The notes under the pieces were generated by a model. That model was not told the DNA's origin and searched no databases. It saw only the letters and a program-made list of their open reading frames with translations. Positions 8,983 through 18,642 of a stretch of DNA of 34,520 nucleotides are shown here, in pieces. The translations under genes were made by a program, and so were the position numbers. Source of the DNA: Myxococcota bacterium (lineage in GTDB: Bacteria; Myxococcota; XYA12-FULL-58-9; JALHOP01); NCBI GenBank assembly GCA_041288095.1, contig JBGGMJ010000148.1, forward strand, positions 1-34,520, read 5' to 3'. The first letter of the stretch is position 1. Each line of letters begins with the position of its first letter.

Positions 8983-10404
8983 ATGGATGGCGCGATGCAC
9001 GCGGCGCGAGCGGCTGACGACACCCCGATTGCCTGGCTGCCCGAGCTCGAAGCGGCGCTCGTCTGCGTCGCCGAGGTGCTGGTCGTGCTCATGCTGCTGC
9101 GGCAGCAGACTCTCGAGCTGACGGGCATCTCCCTCCACTGGTGGGCGCTCGTCGCGCCGGCGCTCGTCGCCTCGGTCCTCGCCTCGTTCTCCGCTCGCTT
9201 CAGCGGTACGACGGCTTTGCCCTTCGGCCCGAATGCCGTGTTCGTTTTGGCGTTCGCTCGCGGCCTGGGTCCCGCGAGCCTCGGCATGTGCAGCCCGGCG
9301 GGCGGCAGCGACTGCGGGCGCGAGCTGGCCGGTTTGTTCACGGCCGCTCTACTCGTCTACGCGGCCATGGTGGCCTTGCTCACGCTCCTCATTCTCCGCC
9401 TGCGCCTCGAGAAGTACCGTCGTGTGCTGCTCATGCCGCTGGCGGCGATTTGCTGGACCTACCTCGTGGTGGCGCCGGCGTTGAAGGTCGCGGCCGAGAG
9501 CATCGCGGTCATCGTGCCGACGGCGGTGCTGCTGGTTATGCTGCTCGCGGGCGTGCGCAAGTTCGCGCCCTGGCTCGTTGCCGGTGCCTTGTGGTTCGCC
9601 CTCGCCTGGCTGACGAACGATTTTCCGCAGCCGAACGGCGCGCACGCCGCCGCAATGGTTCCAGGCTTTTCTGGGTCGGTCGTGTGGAGCTGGCTCGCTC
9701 GCTGGAGCTTCTGGATGGACGCGCTGCCGCTCGTCGCGCCGATCGCTATCGCGAACGCCTTCGGCATCATCGAGAACCTCGCCGCGGCGCGCGAAATTGG
9801 CGACCACCCTTCGGCGTCGCACACGCTCGGTATCGTCACCATCGGCACGCTTACCGGCGCTGCTCTCGGCACCGCGGCTCCGCTCACTGTGTACGTTGGT
9901 CACACGGCGTTCCATCGGCGCGGCGCGCGCTGGGTCTACGGGCTCTGCATGGTGCCGCTGCTCTGCGCCATGGGCATGTTCGGTCACAAGGTCGCCGACC
10001 TCTTGCCGGCGTCGATCTTCTTCGGCGCCACCGCCTACGTCGGCGTGACCGTCGGTCTTTTGCCTCGGCGCCACCTCGAGAGTCGCGCCGATGTCGCGCG
10101 GCTGATCATGGTCGCCATCCCCGTGCTCACCGCCGCGTTCGCGCGCGTGACGCATCCGATCATCGCCTGGGTTGCCCGCGGCGGCGGACTCACGGCGGTG
10201 GGCTGGGCTTTTCTCGCCTTCGCGGAGCCCTGGAGCGTAGCCCAAGAAGGCGCGGCCTGGGCCATGGCGGTGGCCAGTCTCTTGGGCATCGTGCACGCGC
10301 AGCCACTCACGTGGACGAGCTATTGCACCGCCGCCGTGTACGTGGCGTTGGCGCTGGCGGCGAGGGTGCTTCGCTCACGTCACTCGGCGATGATGCGCGG
10401 ATAA
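8983..10404 (+). CDS. Multi-pass membrane protein, divergent nucleobase (NCS2/AzgA-related) permease
   Basis: Many hydrophobic segments. TALPFGPN, IENL.AA.EIGD and P.TVYVGH.AF...GAR..Y resemble motifs of xanthine/uracil-type permeases. Adjacent to purine genes. Start uncertain. Confidence 0.6.
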   Translation: MDGAMHAARAADDTPIAWLPELEAALVCVAEVLVVLMLLRQQTLELTGISLHWWALVAPALVASVLASFSARFSGTTALPFGPNAVFVLAFARGLGPASLGMCSPAGGSDCGRELAGLFTAALLVYAAMVALLTLLILRLRLEKYRRVLLMPLAAICWTYLVVAPALKVAAESIAVIVPTAVLLVMLLAGVRKFAPWLVAGALWFALAWLTNDFPQPNGAHAAAMVPGFSGSVVWSWLARWSFWMDALPLVAPIAIANAFGIIENLAAAREIGDHPSASHTLGIVTIGTLTGAALGTAAPLTVYVGHTAFHRRGARWVYGLCMVPLLCAMGMFGHKVADLLPASIFFGATAYVGVTVGLLPRRHLESRADVARLIMVAIPVLTAAFARVTHPIIAWVARGGGLTAVGWAFLAFAEPWSVAQEGAAWAMAVASLLGIVHAQPLTWTSYCTAAVYVALALAARVLRSRHSAMMRG

Positions 10405-12089
10405 GTCGGACGCCACATGGCGAGCTCGAGCTCGCGGTCGAGCTCGTCTTCCGACATGGCTCGGCCCAAACCCGAGCGCGCGGCTTCGAGAGCGACGGCG
10501 CGTGCCACCGCTCGTGCCACGTCGCGAAGGCGCGTCAAGCGCGGCAAGAGGGCGCCACGCGCGAAGTCGGTGCTGTCCACCATGTCCGCCACGGCGGTCG
10601 CGGCGACGCTGAACATGGCGTCGCTCACCTCGCGCGCTTCGGCGACCATGGCGCCGAGGCCAACGCCCGGGAAGATGTAGACGTTGTTTGCTTGAGCGGT
10701 CTCGATACGATGTCCGTCATGGACGACGGGTGCGAACGGGCTGCCGGTGGCGACCAGCGCACGCCCGTTGCTCCACATGATCAAGTCGGCGACCGTGGCT
10801 TCGCTCTTGCTGGTCGGATTGGACAACGGGAAGATCGCGGGTCGCTTCACGTGTTTGGCCATGCTGCGCACGACGTCGCCATCGAACGCGCCGGGCTGCC
10901 CTGTCGTACCGATGAGCACCGTGGGCTTCACCGCCGCGACCACCTCGGCGAGGCCGATGGCCTTGCTCGGGTCGAGCTCGAAGGTGGCGGCCAAATCGTG
11001 TGACCACGCGAACGCTTGCTTGTGGGCGTCGCGATGCGGGTCGTCGCCCACCAACAGGCCACGGCTGTCGAGGACCGCGATGCTGGCTTTGATCTGCGCT
11101 TCGCTCTTCCCAGCTCTCCGCAACGCATCGGCGAGGAGCTGCGCGATGCCGACGCCAGCGGCGCCCGCGCCCATGATGACGACGCGCTGATCGGTGAGCG
11201 CCGTGTTGCTGGCTCGGCCGGCGGCGATGACCGCCGCGAGCCCAACGGCGGCGGTGCCTTGGATGTCGTCGTTGAAGGACGCCAAGCGATGGCGATAGCG
11301 CTCGTGCAACGCGATGGCGTTGTTCTTCTTGAAATCCTCCCACTGAAGCAGGGCGCGCGGGAAACAGTGCGCGACCGCGGCGACGAACTCTTCGACGAGC
11401 GAATCGTACTCGGCGCCGCGCAGGCGCGGTGCCCGATGACCGATATAGAGAGGGTCGGCGAGCAGCTCGGCGTTGTCGGTACCGACGTCGAGGCTGACCG
11501 GCAGCACCTGAGACGGATGGATGCCGGCGCACGCGACATACAGCGCCAACTTGCCGATCGGAATGCCCATGCCGCCGGCGCCCTGATCGCCCAAACCGAG
11601 AATGCGCTCGTTGTCGGTGACGACGATGAGCCGCGTCTCACCGGTCGACGCGTTGGCGAGCACTTGGGCGATGCGACCGCGGTGGGCCGGCGTAATCCAC
11701 AAGCCGCGCGCACGCCGGAAGATGTGGCTGAAGCGCCGGCACGCCTCGCCGACCGTCGGCGTGTAGACGATCGGCATGAGCTCTTCGATGTGATCGAGCA
11801 GCACGCGATAGAAGAGCACCTCGTTGCGCTCCTGTAGCGCTCCCATGCCGATGTAGCGCTCGAGCGCGTCGTTCTTGCGGGCGATGTTGTGGTAGGCCCG
11901 GTCCGCTTGCTGCTCGATGGTCGAAACCACCGGTGGCAAGATGCCGTCGAGGCCGAGCTGCTCGCGCTCCGCGTTGGTGAAGGCGGTGCTCTTGTTGATC
12001 AAGGGCGCGTTCAAGAGCTCGTGTCTGCGAACGCGGACGCGCACGGTCCACTCGCCATGGTCATCGCGTTCGAATCGGTAGCTTTCCAC
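10380..12089 (-). CDS. maeA: NAD-dependent malic enzyme
   Basis: NKSTAFT, RNEVLFY, PIVYTPTVG, VVTDNERILGLGDQG, QWEDF, FNDDIQGT, GAGAAG.G, PLSNPT, QANNVYIFPG. Confidence 0.96.
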   Translation of the reverse strand: MESYRFERDDHGEWTVRVRVRRHELLNAPLINKSTAFTNAEREQLGLDGILPPVVSTIEQQADRAYHNIARKNDALERYIGMGALQERNEVLFYRVLLDHIEELMPIVYTPTVGEACRRFSHIFRRARGLWITPAHRGRIAQVLANASTGETRLIVVTDNERILGLGDQGAGGMGIPIGKLALYVACAGIHPSQVLPVSLDVGTDNAELLADPLYIGHRAPRLRGAEYDSLVEEFVAAVAHCFPRALLQWEDFKKNNAIALHERYRHRLASFNDDIQGTAAVGLAAVIAAGRASNTALTDQRVVIMGAGAAGVGIAQLLADALRRAGKSEAQIKASIAVLDSRGLLVGDDPHRDAHKQAFAWSHDLAATFELDPSKAIGLAEVVAAVKPTVLIGTTGQPGAFDGDVVRSMAKHVKRPAIFPLSNPTSKSEATVADLIMWSNGRALVATGSPFAPVVHDGHRIETAQANNVYIFPGVGLGAMVAEAREVSDAMFSVAATAVADMVDSTDFARGALLPRLTRLRDVARAVARAVALEAARSGLGRAMSEDELDRELELAMWRPTYPRIIAE

Positions 12090-12171
12090 GGGAGGGGCTC
12101 CGTGCTCCAGGGGCTCTTCGGAGGGGGCCTAAAGCACGAAGAGCGCGCTTTGGCCAAGGGGCGCCGCGTCT

Positions 12172-14127
12172 CTACGCTTTCGCCGCGTCGAGCGCGCCAC
12201 GGATCTTCTCGTAGGGATACTCACGCACCGCGGCAAGCTCGGCGTCGGCGTCGACGACGGTGAAGAGCTTGGTGAGCGGCTCGATCGCGTCCGCCACGAC
12301 GGGCTTGTGCTCCACCCGCCTCACCATGATCTCCGCTGCCTTGAGGCGTACCCCCGGGCTTTCGGCGTCGAGGAGGCGTGCGAGGGTCGCGAGGTGCATC
12401 CGGTCGCCGAAAGCGCGCGCGACCTCGTAGACGTCGGAGGATTCGCAGGTCGTCGTAGTGAGCAGGTGATCGAGACTCTCCTGGGCGATCTCCGCGGCGG
12501 GGTGGTTCAAGGTCTCCCTGATGCGCATGCGGCACCAGAGGTCGGTGCCGGGGTCGGCGAGCAGGCCGCTGAGCGCGCTCATGACTGGTTCGGTGGACAG
12601 CGCGCCCTCGGCGCCTTGGATCGCGAGGATCGCGTGGCGGCGGAACTGAGTACCGCGGATGCCCTCGAGCACCAGCGCCTCGTGCTCCGCGCCGCTCAAC
12701 AGCTTCAGGAGCGCGTCGTACGCGAGGCTGGCCGAGCGCCCATCGCCGCCACTGATCTGCTCGCGCATGAGTGGAATGACTTGCTCGCGGGCCCGGGCCG
12801 TCATGCCGTGGGCTGCCGCGTCTTTCAGCGGCTCGATGAGGGGCTGGGCCGAGCCGCCGTCGCGCGCGATGCGCACCAGCTCGAGGATGGCCGGTGCCGG
12901 CGGCGGGCCGACCCGATTCATGATGCGCCACCAGAAATCGCCGTCGCGCTTCGCCAGCACGGCCGGCAGGTGAGTCCACGCCGCCGGTCCCATGCCATTG
13001 ATGATGTCCGCTAGAGCGTTCTTGTCGCTCACGAGATCCAGGAAGGCCGCGTCGCCCATGGCCGCCATGACGCGCACCGCCGCTCCGTCGTGGTCGTGCT
13101 CCCGGTCGGCGACGTAGCTTTCTTTGATGACGTCCACGGCGTTGGGCATGCTCACGAGTCGATCACCGCCGATAGTGGCGAGGGCTTCCATGATCGCGGC
13201 TCGGTCCTTGGATGCGTCCTTGCCCGCGATGCCGCGACGCTGTTCAAGTGCCCGCCAAAGCGGATCGACCGCGCCGGTCGCGAGCCGCCCGACCTTGCTC
13301 AAGCCGCGGCAAGCGGCCCGAAGATCTCCAGAGCTCTCGAGCTGCTTCACCCACGCCGGAACAGCGGCGGCGCCGAACGCTTCGACAGTGTGCGCGATTT
13401 CCCAGGGGCTGGCCGCGCTCTTCTCGAGCCGCAGGACGTCGGCCAAGAGCTCCGGGTTGTGCGGGGCTTGGGCCCGGATTGCGTCGAGGCCTTCGCCGGG
13501 ATCCCGCGCGAGCAGGTCGCGCAAGGCGGCTGCGTCGCCAGGTTGCGTTTCCAGGGCGGCGACCTTGGTGGCTCCTTGCAAAGCGGCGGTGTCGTCGTCG
13601 AGCAGGGCGGCCACGGTCGCGATCTGAATGGCGAGCGGCTCGCGGCAGCAAATGTCACCAAACGCGGCTTCGTCGGCGGCGCAGACGAGCTGTACGGCCT
13701 TGCCCAGGCTCATGGTTCGGCCGCTGTAATCTTGGAGGCGGTAGACGATCCGGTCGATGCTGCTCCGCGAGCCGATCTCCGCCACGAGGCCGGAGAGCCG
13801 CGCCAGCATCACGTGAGGTTGCGCGATCCTCACCGTAGTGGCGAGCACGCTCTCGATAGTGTCCTCAAGACCGAAGCCGGCGAGCTGCGACGGATGCACG
13901 CCCATCGCGCCGGCGCGGCCACCGTTCGCGGCGAGACCCAAGCGCTCGGTGCCGGGCTTTGGGGCGCCGATGGCGGCGTTGCCGGGCTCGCGGAGAGGCG
14001 TTGGACCAGGTGGTGGTGGGGCGGTGAGGGCCGCTGGTACGGCAATATGAGCGGTTGCTCCCGGGATCGTGCGTGGTGCGTTCGTCATATCCGCTCTCTG
14101 CCGCATGGAACCGCCATTAGCGGTCAT
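12172..14127 (-). CDS. Large hypothetical alpha-solenoid (HEAT-like) protein with Pro-rich N-terminus
   Basis: HEAT-like units such as L..LL.AESPGVRLKAAEIM and AIMEALATIG. Start at ATG 14127 or 14088. Confidence 0.7.
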   Translation of the reverse strand: MTANGGSMRQRADMTNAPRTIPGATAHIAVPAALTAPPPPGPTPLREPGNAAIGAPKPGTERLGLAANGGRAGAMGVHPSQLAGFGLEDTIESVLATTVRIAQPHVMLARLSGLVAEIGSRSSIDRIVYRLQDYSGRTMSLGKAVQLVCAADEAAFGDICCREPLAIQIATVAALLDDDTAALQGATKVAALETQPGDAAALRDLLARDPGEGLDAIRAQAPHNPELLADVLRLEKSAASPWEIAHTVEAFGAAAVPAWVKQLESSGDLRAACRGLSKVGRLATGAVDPLWRALEQRRGIAGKDASKDRAAIMEALATIGGDRLVSMPNAVDVIKESYVADREHDHDGAAVRVMAAMGDAAFLDLVSDKNALADIINGMGPAAWTHLPAVLAKRDGDFWWRIMNRVGPPPAPAILELVRIARDGGSAQPLIEPLKDAAAHGMTARAREQVIPLMREQISGGDGRSASLAYDALLKLLSGAEHEALVLEGIRGTQFRRHAILAIQGAEGALSTEPVMSALSGLLADPGTDLWCRMRIRETLNHPAAEIAQESLDHLLTTTTCESSDVYEVARAFGDRMHLATLARLLDAESPGVRLKAAEIMVRRVEHKPVVADAIEPLTKLFTVVDADAELAAVREYPYEKIRGALDAAKA

Positions 14128-14138
14128 CGTGTTCACCA

Positions 14139-14146
14139 GTATCGGC
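14139..14146 (-). promoter_or_regulatory. sigma28-like -10 box GCCGATAC
   Basis: 11 nt before ATG 14127; -35 box poor. Confidence 0.55.
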
Positions 14147-14217
14147 GACGGCGGACGAGCGGGCACAGCCCGTCCGGTGACGACGCGGCACTCCACGGGT
14201 GATCGACGAAAAAGGCG

Positions 14218-15063
14218 TTATCCGCGCGGTACGTAGCGATACAGGCCGACACCCGGCTCGACTTTGGCGTCGCTCCACTTGGTGTCGACGAACACGTTCA
14301 TGGCCTCGGGATAGCCGGCCGCGAGCGCCATGACGTTGGCTGGCTCGTTGTCGAGCGTGCCCACCACCGGGCCGAGCTTGTCGATCTGGGGCTTCACGTC
14401 GCGCTTGAAGTCGGCGTCGCCATACTTCGACCCATCGGGGTGCTTCGCGAAGGGCTTGAGGAAGAGGAAGTAGCGCTTGTCATCCGGCGTGAAGCCGTCG
14501 CGCTCGAGCGCCGTCAGCGTACCGGCGCCTTGGTCGGCGACGACCCGCCCGGTAAGGAAAACGACCCGTGCGCCGGCGTCCGCGAGCTTGCGCGTCAGAT
14601 CGGCGACCTCCGCGATGACCGGGTCGATGGCGGTGTGCGGATTGTCGAGGAAGGTCTTCAAGAAGAACGGCAGCAGCACCTTCATGACCTCGGCGGTCTC
14701 TTCGGCACTGACGCCGGCGGCGCGCACCGTGTCCGCGGCCGAGTAACGCACGTGCTCCAGCCGAACCTCGGCGAGGGCGGCCTTCACCTTCGGGAAGGCA
14801 TCGGCGTCCTTGGTCGCCGCCCATTCGCGCAGCACCGCCACCATGCGTGGGTCGTTGTCGTAGAGCGTGTAGTCCAGGTCGAAGATGACGACGGGCTGCT
14901 TGCCATTGCGGACATGGTCGCGGACCGTGGCGAGGAGCTTGGCGCCGACCTCGGCGCTCGACAGCGGCACGAAGCGCGTCGCCGCGATCCAGGCGGCGCC
15001 CCCCACGGGTTCCCGCGAGGGCGGCGTCGGAGGCGCGGCGGTGTTGGCCGCCACTGGGGCCAT
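14218..15063 (-). CDS. HAD-superfamily (acid phosphatase-like) hydrolase
   Basis: Motif I VIFDLDYT, motif II FLTGR, motif III DFK, motif IV LDNEPAN. Start ATG 15063 or GTG 15054. Confidence 0.85.
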   Translation of the reverse strand: MAPVAANTAAPPTPPSREPVGGAAWIAATRFVPLSSAEVGAKLLATVRDHVRNGKQPVVIFDLDYTLYDNDPRMVAVLREWAATKDADAFPKVKAALAEVRLEHVRYSAADTVRAAGVSAEETAEVMKVLLPFFLKTFLDNPHTAIDPVIAEVADLTRKLADAGARVVFLTGRVVADQGAGTLTALERDGFTPDDKRYFLFLKPFAKHPDGSKYGDADFKRDVKPQIDKLGPVVGTLDNEPANVMALAAGYPEAMNVFVDTKWSDAKVEPGVGLYRYVPRG

Positions 15064-15064
15064 G

Positions 15065-15092
15065 CTATCGCGGACAGGCTGCTCGGGCGTGC
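15065..15092 (-). promoter_or_regulatory. sigma28-like promoter variant GCACG-N15-CGCGATAG
   Basis: Spacing matches the other sites; 10 nt before in-frame GTG 15054. Confidence 0.45.
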
Positions 15093-15211
15093 TCTGATAG
15101 ACCCGGGTCGTGCGCGGCAGCGGCCGGCGCGTAGCGAAGCGGGCGTAGCAAGGCGTCGTGTTGCGTGGGTTTGCTCTTGGGGTCTTATGGGTCCGCATGC
15201 GCACGAGCCTC

Positions 15212-16513
15212 CTAGCCGCCAAAGGCGACGTTGCAGCCAACGATGACTTTCTGGGCCCAGACGGTGTAGTCGCCGCGCGCCGAGGGCAGCGCGAATCCCG
15301 AAAGCGTGTCGGCGCGGGGATTGAAGATCGATGACTCGACGTGGACCGGGATACCGAGCACGGCACCGTAGGTAGCTTCGAGCGTGATGCTCTCGGTCAG
15401 CGGGATGCGCGCGCCGAGGTTGAGCTCCATGAGCGTGAAATCGATGTTCAAGGGACTCACGGCCTCGCGTGGGGTGTTGCGCGGCGTGACGTCGAAGCGT
15501 GAAGCTAGCTCCAGGCCCGAGTCGAGCTTGTAGCTGCCCCGCAGGCCGACCGTGTACTCGTTGCGCGACTCACGTACGGAGACCTGGTCGCCACGAAGCA
15601 GGGCGCTGTCGGAGGTGACGACACGGCCGAGGATGAGGCGCTGCCGGCTCTTCCCCTGCATCTGTGCGAGGAGCGCGAAGGTCATGCGGCCAGTGGTCAG
15701 CTCCGCTTCAGCGTTCAGCGCCCACGGAATGGGATAGGTCAGCCGAAAATCGGCGGTTGGATTCGCGATCTGCACCGGCACCGCGTCGGCGAGAGAGGGC
15801 GGCGCGGTGAGCGCGAGGCGGCCACCGAGTCGCGGCGTTTGCGGCAAGAAGCCGCTCAACGCGATGGCGAAGTTGTCCGCCGGTTTGGCGTAGACGCTCG
15901 CGAGCACCAGGGTCGACCATCCATGGAGGTCGAGCTCGAGGCTGCCTTCGAGCTCGGGATCCTCGAACGGGAAGAGCTGCGCGCCGGAGGGCAAGGCGCG
16001 ATTGGCATAGGCACCGAAGTCGTAGGATGCCTGCTGGTCGAGCGACACGAACATCGGCCCGCCACCGATAGCGACCGCGACGCGCGGGCTCACCGTCCAG
16101 ATCGCGCCCAGCGGCGCCGCGTAGGCGAACGCCGTGCTGTCGGTGACGTGGTAGCGTGTCGGACCGTCAGTCCGCCATCGCGTACCAGCGGTCGTGGGGC
16201 TGAAGACGCCCGCGAAAACGCGCAGCTCCGGCCACGGCGTGCTCGCCACCGCGGTCAATGCTCCTACGGGCGAGATGATGCCGAAGGTCTCGCGCGGGTA
16301 GAGTGGCTCGGTGCTCGCGTCCTCGGGCTCGCGCTGGTAGCCGACGTGGATGTAGCTGGCGCGCGCCTCGATGTAGACGGCGTGCGGCGCTTTCGACATG
16401 CCGAGGACCGCGGGGCCCCAGTAGACCGTCGAGCCGTTCGCCTGGGTCGGACCCGCGAAGACCCCACCGGCGGGAGATGCGACGAGGAGCGCCGCCAGTG
16501 CCGTGACTAGCAC
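15212..16513 (-). CDS. OmpP1/FadL/TodX-family outer-membrane beta-barrel
   Basis: Signal peptide, hatch-like STVYWGPA.L, W..DGPTRY, alternating beta-strands, C-terminal strand VIVGCNVAF. GTG start overlaps the upstream stop by 7 nt. Confidence 0.8.
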   Translation of the reverse strand: MLVTALAALLVASPAGGVFAGPTQANGSTVYWGPAVLGMSKAPHAVYIEARASYIHVGYQREPEDASTEPLYPRETFGIISPVGALTAVASTPWPELRVFAGVFSPTTAGTRWRTDGPTRYHVTDSTAFAYAAPLGAIWTVSPRVAVAIGGGPMFVSLDQQASYDFGAYANRALPSGAQLFPFEDPELEGSLELDLHGWSTLVLASVYAKPADNFAIALSGFLPQTPRLGGRLALTAPPSLADAVPVQIANPTADFRLTYPIPWALNAEAELTTGRMTFALLAQMQGKSRQRLILGRVVTSDSALLRGDQVSVRESRNEYTVGLRGSYKLDSGLELASRFDVTPRNTPREAVSPLNIDFTLMELNLGARIPLTESITLEATYGAVLGIPVHVESSIFNPRADTLSGFALPSARGDYTVWAQKVIVGCNVAFGG

Positions 16514-18618
16514 GTCGGCCTTTTGCGCTTACGGAGCAGCATGCCCGCGATGGCGAGCATCGCGAACAATGAAGCTTCTCCCGCGGCGGCGCAGCCCATG
16601 CCAGGGTCGTCGACGACTGCATAGCTTTGCGTGAAGGTCGCGACATTACCGGCTTGATCGGTGGCGGTGAGCCGCACGCGGACCGTCGAGAGGTCAGGCA
16701 GGCCATCGAGCTTCAAGACGTCGGTCGACTTGAGCCGGCCGCTCGCGAGCTGGTGGTCATCCTTGGCGCGGCGGCCAACTGCTTCGACGACATAGTCGAT
16801 GGTGATGTCCTCCGGCTTGCTCATGTTGTCGTCGGCGTCGATGCGCAGCGGTGTGCCGCCCGCGGGGATGATGCCGCGCGGGCCGTCGCGCACGACGACG
16901 ACCGGTGGGGTCGTGTCGATATCGAGAGTGATGACCTCGGGTGACGCGTCGATGTTGCCGGAGAGGTCTTGCGCGTAGATTTTCACCTCGTGCCGGCCGC
17001 CGGTGAGTCCGCTCAAGCTGATGCTGTTGCCGACATGCACGTCCGTTTGCGCAACCCCGTCGATGTCGATGAGATGATGGATGAAGCCTGCTGGTGTCTT
17101 GTCGTCGTCGGAGTCGGCGGTGAGCTCGACCTCGGCACCGCAGGGGCAATGCGGCTCTTCGGCGAGCGCGGTGCGCGGCGGGCTACCGTCAGGACCGGCG
17201 CTGAAGAGCGAGAACGAGGCGACGATCCCGGCCGCGCTCGTGCGGACCTCGTCGATGGCTATCGCGAGTGGCGTCGAGGTGAAGACGTTCGCGGTGACCG
17301 GGACCTCACGCAGCGAGCTCAAGAAGCGCGGCATGATCGCGGCTTCCACGAACCCCGCCATGGTCGACCGCGAGAGATTGAGATCGGCACGGCCGATCTG
17401 GACGGAGAGCGCGTCCATTCCCAGGCTCTTCGGCGCGACCACGATGCGCCGTTTGCTATCGCGCACGGCTACGTCCGCGCCAACGAACACGCCGGTGTCG
17501 AACGTCGCCGAGTACTGCTCGTTCGACGGCATGCGGATCGCGACCTCGCCGTGCAAGTCCTCGACCTGCAGGGCCACGCCCCCGCCGTCGTCCCCGGTGA
17601 CGAAGCGCGGCGGGTGCTTGGCGACCACGAGAGCGTCGATGCGCGAGCCAGGGAGCGTGCCGTCGAGGATGTCGCCGATGCCGACGTCGGTGGTGCGCGT
17701 ATCGAAGCACAGCCAGCCGGCCTCCCATGCCGAGTCCATGACGCGCTGGACGAAATGATCGCTGACCCCGATTGCGGTCTGGCCTTGGGGCAGAGCGATT
17801 GGGGCTCCGGTCGGTCTCGGCCGCGGCTCGAGGGTGCTCGCATCCACGCAGGTGCTGCGCGTGGCCGGCTGAACGTCGAGGTCGAAGTCGAGGAGCAAGG
17901 CGTCCTCGGCGACGGTGATGAGGCGGGGCTGTGCCTTGAATTGCAGGCGCGCCGCGGACACCTCGCGGTCGACGAGGCCGGTGGTGGCGTCGGCGATGCG
18001 CTTGTTGAGGAGCTCCGGCAGTCCCGCCACGAGATCGGTGCGGACATAGTCGACGAGCGCATCGCGAACCGAGTCGTGCACCGCCGAGAGGATGGAGCCG
18101 TACAGCCCGCACGTCGCGAGATCGAGCGTGACGGCTTGGTTCTCCATCGAGAGCACGACCGAGTCGACGACGATCTCCGGCACGCAATCGTCGACGCCGA
18201 TCGACGCGCGGGCGCTCACCTCGAAATGGTCGATGTCGAGCGCGACGTTGCAAGCGGTGTTGGGGAGAGCGCAGACGGTGAGCTCGAGGAACGCGGAGAC
18301 GTTCACCGAGCCGGCGACGCGCAGGGCGATGGCACCCGCCTGCAGATCGACTTCGACCTGGTCGAGCGAGGCGCGTACCTCGGCGCCGCTCGCGTGGATC
18401 GCCACGTCGTCGAACCAACCGCCGCACTCGAACACGGTGCGATCGATCTCGGGCAGGGCGACAGTGTCGGGGAGGATGGTGTCCGCCGCGCGCAAGGCGG
18501 TGTCGATGGATTCCTGGGTGATCTGGGCCCGGACCGCCGACGGAGCATAGCTCGCCTCACAGGTGGCGAGCGCCAACCGTGGAAGCAGAATGACCAAGCT
18601 CAAGACCAACGGACGCAT
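16507..18618 (-). CDS. Secreted surface protein: putative BPI/LBP/CETP-like region, Ig-like beta domains and MYXO-CTERM-like tail
   Basis: Signal peptide. AQITQESID…LPEID and AIGVSDHFVQ…AWEAGWL resemble BPI N- and C-lobe starts. DLSGN/DTTPP/DQAGN are Ig-like motifs. Tail GCAAAG-hydrophobic-RKRKR. Confidence 0.7.
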   Translation of the reverse strand: MRPLVLSLVILLPRLALATCEASYAPSAVRAQITQESIDTALRAADTILPDTVALPEIDRTVFECGGWFDDVAIHASGAEVRASLDQVEVDLQAGAIALRVAGSVNVSAFLELTVCALPNTACNVALDIDHFEVSARASIGVDDCVPEIVVDSVVLSMENQAVTLDLATCGLYGSILSAVHDSVRDALVDYVRTDLVAGLPELLNKRIADATTGLVDREVSAARLQFKAQPRLITVAEDALLLDFDLDVQPATRSTCVDASTLEPRPRPTGAPIALPQGQTAIGVSDHFVQRVMDSAWEAGWLCFDTRTTDVGIGDILDGTLPGSRIDALVVAKHPPRFVTGDDGGGVALQVEDLHGEVAIRMPSNEQYSATFDTGVFVGADVAVRDSKRRIVVAPKSLGMDALSVQIGRADLNLSRSTMAGFVEAAIMPRFLSSLREVPVTANVFTSTPLAIAIDEVRTSAAGIVASFSLFSAGPDGSPPRTALAEEPHCPCGAEVELTADSDDDKTPAGFIHHLIDIDGVAQTDVHVGNSISLSGLTGGRHEVKIYAQDLSGNIDASPEVITLDIDTTPPVVVVRDGPRGIIPAGGTPLRIDADDNMSKPEDITIDYVVEAVGRRAKDDHQLASGRLKSTDVLKLDGLPDLSTVRVRLTATDQAGNVATFTQSYAVVDDPGMGCAAAGEASLFAMLAIAGMLLRKRKRPTC

Positions 18619-18642
18619 AGGCAAGATTGTCCCTGAACGGGC

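Noticed and set aside
9141..11003. Long alternative-frame ORFs (620 aa here; also 16969-18636, 7603-8784, 13090-14202)
   Set aside because: Arg/Gly-rich or antisense shadows of well-supported genes, expected in high-GC DNA.
13171..13178. Intragenic GCCGATAG-type matches (also near 16063 and 27212)
   Set aside because: Inside CDSs, with no GCAAC partner or downstream start. They show the -10 box alone occurs by chance, so only positioned sites were counted.
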